From Eledone cirrhosa (taxonomy: Eukaryota), in the NCBI GenBank assembly GCA_964016885.1, contig CAXHJY010001683.1, forward strand, positions 1 to 29,658: 29,658 nucleotides of DNA, written 5' to 3'. Below are positions 24,116-29,658 of this stretch, one piece after another (positions within the stretch are counted from its first letter, which is position 1; each line of letters begins with the position of its first letter). The position numbers and the translations under genes are program-made. The notes beneath the pieces were generated by a model, which ran no database searches, was not told the DNA's origin, and saw only the letters and a program-made list of their open reading frames with translations.

Positions 24116-26354
24116 ACTGTTGTATATTACCTCGGTTGACATCGTAAGTTTGGAGAGTTGACTCCCTTGATGTCTGACCACTCGATAAGTTAGGTGTTGT
24201 GCCCCTTGAACAGGGGTGTGTCTTGCTGGTCTCCCTTCTGTCTGCTACTACCCGAGGCTGGACATGGTCGTAGCCACAGGCCTGCACAGTAGCATGGAGT
24301 ATGTATTTTCTGCTAGTCACCCAGTGTAATATGATACCCCAATATTCCATGCACGGGAATCACAGAAGCATGCGCAGATTTAACCGAGAGATGACATGCT
24401 AATTTGAAAATGCCACAAGAGAGATCCTTTAGATAGCATAGACGCCGGACCATACTCGCAAATATCTGCATATATACCGTGATCTATCTTGAATATGCAT
24501 GACTGACAGGATATAGAAGCAACATGGATAATACGACCACCATCTAAGCTAGAACCGACCCCTACTCCATATAACAACAAACAAAGAGGGGACAGCCCTT
24601 AGCATTTAACCAGTCGCGTGTGAACTTTGAATTGGTGAGAAGAGGGATAATAGCGAGAGAGACAATATACCACCCAGTTAAGTCCATACTGGACTTCTTT
24701 ACCAATATATCATGTACACCAATATATCCTATCAGCAAAACATTGGATTTAGAACCGGCAGGCTGATCTATCGCAAACGCGTGCGATCCCACGCATGGCT
24801 TAATAACTGGCACGACCGAAACTACATGGAAAAGATCGAACGGAGCACACCCTGCGACCACTAGCTGTTTGATCAGCAGGTCCATCTCCCAGAGAGTGCA
24901 CACAGCTGATAGTGAATCCCAGTTGATTTGTGAATTCGGAACTTTTCAACAAGACCAACTGTGCCTGGAGCTATGCACAATGGATACCGCACCTACAAGG
25001 TCACCTGTATTGTTCATCTTGCTGTATGTGTGTAAAGTATCCGTGTGTGGGATATCCCTGAGTAAATTTGCTTGACTGTTAATTGTTTATTTATTGTTAG
25101 TTAATTAGGCAGGAATATATTATTATATCTTTGTTAATCCTATATTAATAATTTTTGATAATACATTATTAGATTACTTAAGCTATTTAATACCTTCTTA
25201 AAAATACATTTTATAATTATTGTCTTTTTTTTTATATATTTTCTTACTTATCATTTTCTTTAATCTTCGAGCCCAACTTGATAAGCTCTTTGAATTCCTC
25301 CTTAATTAGATTACTTAAATTACTTTATTTATTATACCTAAGTTGTTGTATCTGTTGAAGCAACCCTTTGGAAATTCCTCGGATCACCCAAATTCCGTAA
25401 TTTTTAATTTGTAATTTTCCTCAATTCATTTATATATACTTTTAAAGGTTCTCTAAAATTTTAATTCTTTGAAGGGTCTTTCGGAAGAGGTTTTTATTAA
25501 AAATATTAAAAGGGCCTCTTCTGAGGGATTTTTTGAAGGCTTTTTGAATTAAACTTTAATTGATTAATTTCTTTCAACGATTTATTTCTTAATTTTTAAA
25601 TTTAATGTTCAAACTCTTAATCTTTAATTTTTAATCTTGGATATATAAGATTTCTTAATCTTAAATTCATTAAATTTTTAAATTTCTGGGTTTGGAACTC
25701 TTAAACTTCAAATCCTAACTTAAATCTTAATCTTTATATTATGGATTCCCTAAATCATTAACTTTATTAACCTCTAAATTTTTTTGAAAGTATTAATTTT
25801 TAATTTTTAAGTTTAGAACTTTCATAGGGATTATTAAATCTTCGTAAATTTTCTTAAATTTTTTAAAGGGATTTTCTTATAAAAATTTTTTTGAAGGAAT
25901 TTTTTAGGAAACCTTATATTTTTTTATTCTCTTAATCTCTTCTGGTTTTTTAGGTTTATTGGGGCTTATAAGCTTTATGCGCTTATTGAGGTGTTTTTTT
26001 AAGGTGCTTTTAAGGGATCCCAAGTCTTTTGCTTTTAATGTGTAACTTATAAATTCTTTAATTCTACTTTTAGGCCCTTTTCAATCCCTAACTTTTAGGC
26101 CCTTTTCAAATTCTCTTAATTCCCTCTAGCCCATTCCTTTTACAACTCTTACAACTATTATAAAAGAGCCCCCTTAGAATATAGAGCCCAAATATACAAG
26201 TGGAGCTGTTGACGTATACCACGATTTCAAACTGCTAATCTTGAGTGAAACGTTGATGAAAATAATGAACTTACAATAACCTGTTATATGCCTTGAAAAG
26301 TCCCACCATATGGTCGGACAAAACGGCTGTTGGCAATAAACTTGTTATAATGTC

Positions 26355-26356
<2 letters not shown>
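24115..26356 (+). mobile_element. Probable Penelope-like element, heavily garbled by indels (low-accuracy sequence or decay)
   Basis: Allowing many indels, PLE-like motifs appear in the expected order: L.RG..FA (~24204), TVI-LN..D (~24476), KL.TDPT (~24545-24566), LRP..S..PTHGL..W (~24749-24810), FDV.S.LFT..PVPEA (~24923-24973), IKE..(~26159). Ends with a variant hammerhead and AATAAA. Confidence 0.5.
26289..26335 (+). ncRNA. Variant or decayed type I hammerhead ribozyme (U3-A8 core)
   Basis: Stem I TGCC/GGCA; core TTGAAAA; stem II GTCC-C-ACC-ATAT-GGT-C-GGAC; AAAA in place of GAAA; near-palindromic helix III ACGGCTGT; GUU triplet; AATAAA at 26335-26340. Confidence 0.6.
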
Positions 26357-26421
<65 letters not shown>

Positions 26422-26458
26422 GTATATATATATGTATATATATATGTATATATATATG

Positions 26459-26494
<36 letters not shown>

Positions 26495-26581
26495 TATATG
26501 TATATTATATATATATATATATGTAGATATATATATATATGTATATATATATATATGTATATATATATGTATATATATATG

Positions 26582-26614
<33 letters not shown>

Positions 26615-26779
26615 GTATATGTATATATATGTGTATATGTATATATATGTATATGTATATATATGTATTATATATATATATATGTATATATATTATTATA
26701 TATGTATATATATATATATGTATTTATATATATATATATGTATATGTATATATATATATGTATATATATATATATGTAT

Positions 26780-26810
<31 letters not shown>

Positions 26811-26952
26811 GTATATATGTATATGTATATTATATATATATGTATATATGTATATATATGTATATATTATATATGTATATATATATGTATATATATTATA
26901 TATATGTATATTATATATATATGTATATATGTATATATATAGTATATATTAT

Positions 26953-27002
<50 letters not shown>

Positions 27003-27012
27003 ATATGTAATG

Positions 27013-27048
<36 letters not shown>

Positions 27049-27360
27049 ATATATGTATATATATATGTATATATATGTATATATATTTATATATATATAT
27101 GTATATATATGTATGTATATATTATATATATATGTATTATATATGTATATATATATATATATGTATATATATATGTATATATGTATATATGTATTATATA
27201 TATGTATTATATGTATTATATGTATGTATATGTATATATATGTTATATATATGTATATATATATATATGTATTATATATGTATATATATATGTATATATA
27301 TATGTATATATATATGTATATATATATGTATATATATGTATATATATATATTATATATAG

Positions 27361-27425
<65 letters not shown>

Positions 27426-27644
27426 TTATATGTATATATATATGTATATATATATTATATATATATTATATATAGTATATATATGTATATATATGTATAT
27501 GTATATATGTATTATATATATATATATATATGTATTATATATATATTTATATATATATTATGTATATATGTATATATATATATTATATTATATGTATATA
27601 TAATATATATATATTATATATGTATATATATATATGTATATATT

Positions 27645-27675
<31 letters not shown>

Positions 27676-28038
27676 GTATATATATATATGTATATATATA
27701 TATGTATATATGTATATATATGTATATATGTATATATATATGTATATGTATATATATGTATATATATATGTATATATGTATATATATGTATATATGTATA
27801 TATATGTATATATGTATATATATGTATATATGTATATATGTATATATATGTATATATGTATATATATTATATATATATATGTATATTTGTATATATATGT
27901 ATATATATATTTATATATATGTATATGTATTATTATATTTATATATGTATATATATTATGTATATATATATATATTATGTATATATGTATATATATTATA
28001 TTTATATGTATATATATATATTATATATGTTATATATA

Positions 28039-28069
<31 letters not shown>

Positions 28070-28265
28070 TATATATATTATATATATGTATATTATATAT
28101 TATATTTATGTATATATAATATGTATTATATATTTATATATGTTATATTTTATATGTATATTTATGTATATTATGTATATATATGTATATATATGTATAT
28201 ATGTATGTATATATATATATGTATTATATATATTGTATTTATATTATATATGTATATATTATATT

Positions 28266-28296
<31 letters not shown>

Positions 28297-29658
28297 GTAT
28301 ACTATTTATATTTGTATATATATGTTATATATATGTTTATATATGTATATATATGTTATATTATATATATGTATATATATGTATATATATGTATATATTG
28401 TATATATATGTTATATATATGTATATATATATGTATATATGTATTTTATGTATATTATATATATGTTATATATGTATATATATATGTATATATATGTATA
28501 TATATATGTATATATATTTATATTTATATATATATATGTATATGTATTATATATATTTGTATATATATGTATTTATATGTTATATATGTATATATGTTAT
28601 ATATATTATTTATATATATTATATATATATATGTATTATATTTATGTATATATATTAGTATATTATATATATGTATATATATGTATATATTATGTTATTA
28701 TATGTATATATATATATTATATGTATATATATTTATATATGTATATATTATATGTATATATATTATGTATTATATATGTTATTATATATATATATTATTA
28801 TGTATTATATTTATATATTGTATATATTATATATATATATATGTATATATATATATGTATATATTATATATATTGTATTGTTTATTTATTATATATATTG
28901 TATATATTATATATATATTATGTATATATATATATGTATATGTATATATTATATATGTATATATTTATATGTGTATGTATATGTATATATATATATGTAT
29001 ATTTATATATATATTTATGTGTATATATTATATTATATGTATATATATATATGTATATATTATATATGTATATATGTATATGTGTATAATATATATGTAT
29101 ATATATTATATATATATGTATATATGTGTTATATTATATATATTTATGTGTGTATTATATATATATTATATATGTGTTATATTTATATTTATATATGTAT
29201 ATATATATATATATATATGTGTATATTATATATATATTATGTGTGTATATATATATATATATGTGTATATATATTTATATATATGTGTATATATATATAT
29301 ATATATGTGTATATATATATATATATATATGTGTATATATATATATATATATGTGTTATATATATATATTATATATGTGTATATATATATATATATATGT
29401 GTATATATATATATTATGTGTATATAATATATATATATGTGTGTATATATATTATATATATATATGTGTGTATATATAATATATATATATGTGTGTGTAT
29501 ATCATATATATGTGTATTATATATATATATATATATATGTGTGTGTATATTATATATATATGTGTATATATATATATATGTGTATTATATATTATATATG
29601 TGTATATTTATGTATATATATATATGTGTATATATATGTATATATATATATATGTGTA
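26357..29658. repeat. (TA)n/(TATG)n tract, increasingly irregular
   Basis: Frequent TT phase breaks consistent with single-base drop-outs. Confidence 0.95.

Noticed and set aside
24660-25050. CR1-like RT reading (QNIGFRTGR, SQRV...GTFQQ) of the garbled block
   Set aside because: Motif spacing is inconsistent. A Penelope-like reading fits more motifs in order and explains the terminal hammerhead.
25076-26180. Organellar insert or origin-like AT-rich region, including a 19-bp direct repeat (26066-26084, 26091-26109)
   Set aside because: No recognisable gene; homopolymer inflation suggests read noise.
4-29479. Dozens of long ORFs rich in Y/I/M/C/V or Y/I/H/T
   Set aside because: Translations of TA/TATG repeats, which rarely contain stop codons; open in several frames on both strands.
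1-29658. CRISPR-like repeat-spacer array or prokaryotic RT system (retron, DGR, group II intron)
   Set aside because: Repeats are variable-length microsatellite and the identifiable inserts are eukaryotic retroelements.

Overview
Eukaryotic repeat DNA with no host gene. It is probably molluscan or octopod, inferred only from the CORE-SINE and RTE tail types. About half the window (13 tracts, ~15 kb) is a compound (TA)n/(TATG)n microsatellite whose G residues lie almost entirely on the + strand. The tract is interrupted by retroelement insertions: one R4/Dong-like RLE element, two divergent CR1-group LINEs, three RTE LINE copies from two subfamilies, a probable internally deleted RTE derivative, two tRNA/CORE SINEs that share the RTE 3' tail, a ~200-bp island carrying a complete type I hammerhead ribozyme, an indel-garbled probable Penelope-like element ending in a variant hammerhead, and one unclassified island. 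Most notable: a C4HC3 PHD-type finger inside the RTE reverse transcriptase, the two hammerheads, a SINE/LINE partner pair, and the polarised microsatellite acting as a multi-clade landing site. All long Y/I/M/C/V or Y/I/H/T ORFs are translations of the microsatellite. Sequence after ~24.1 kb looks low-accuracy. All calls are by-eye motif recognition; no searches were run.
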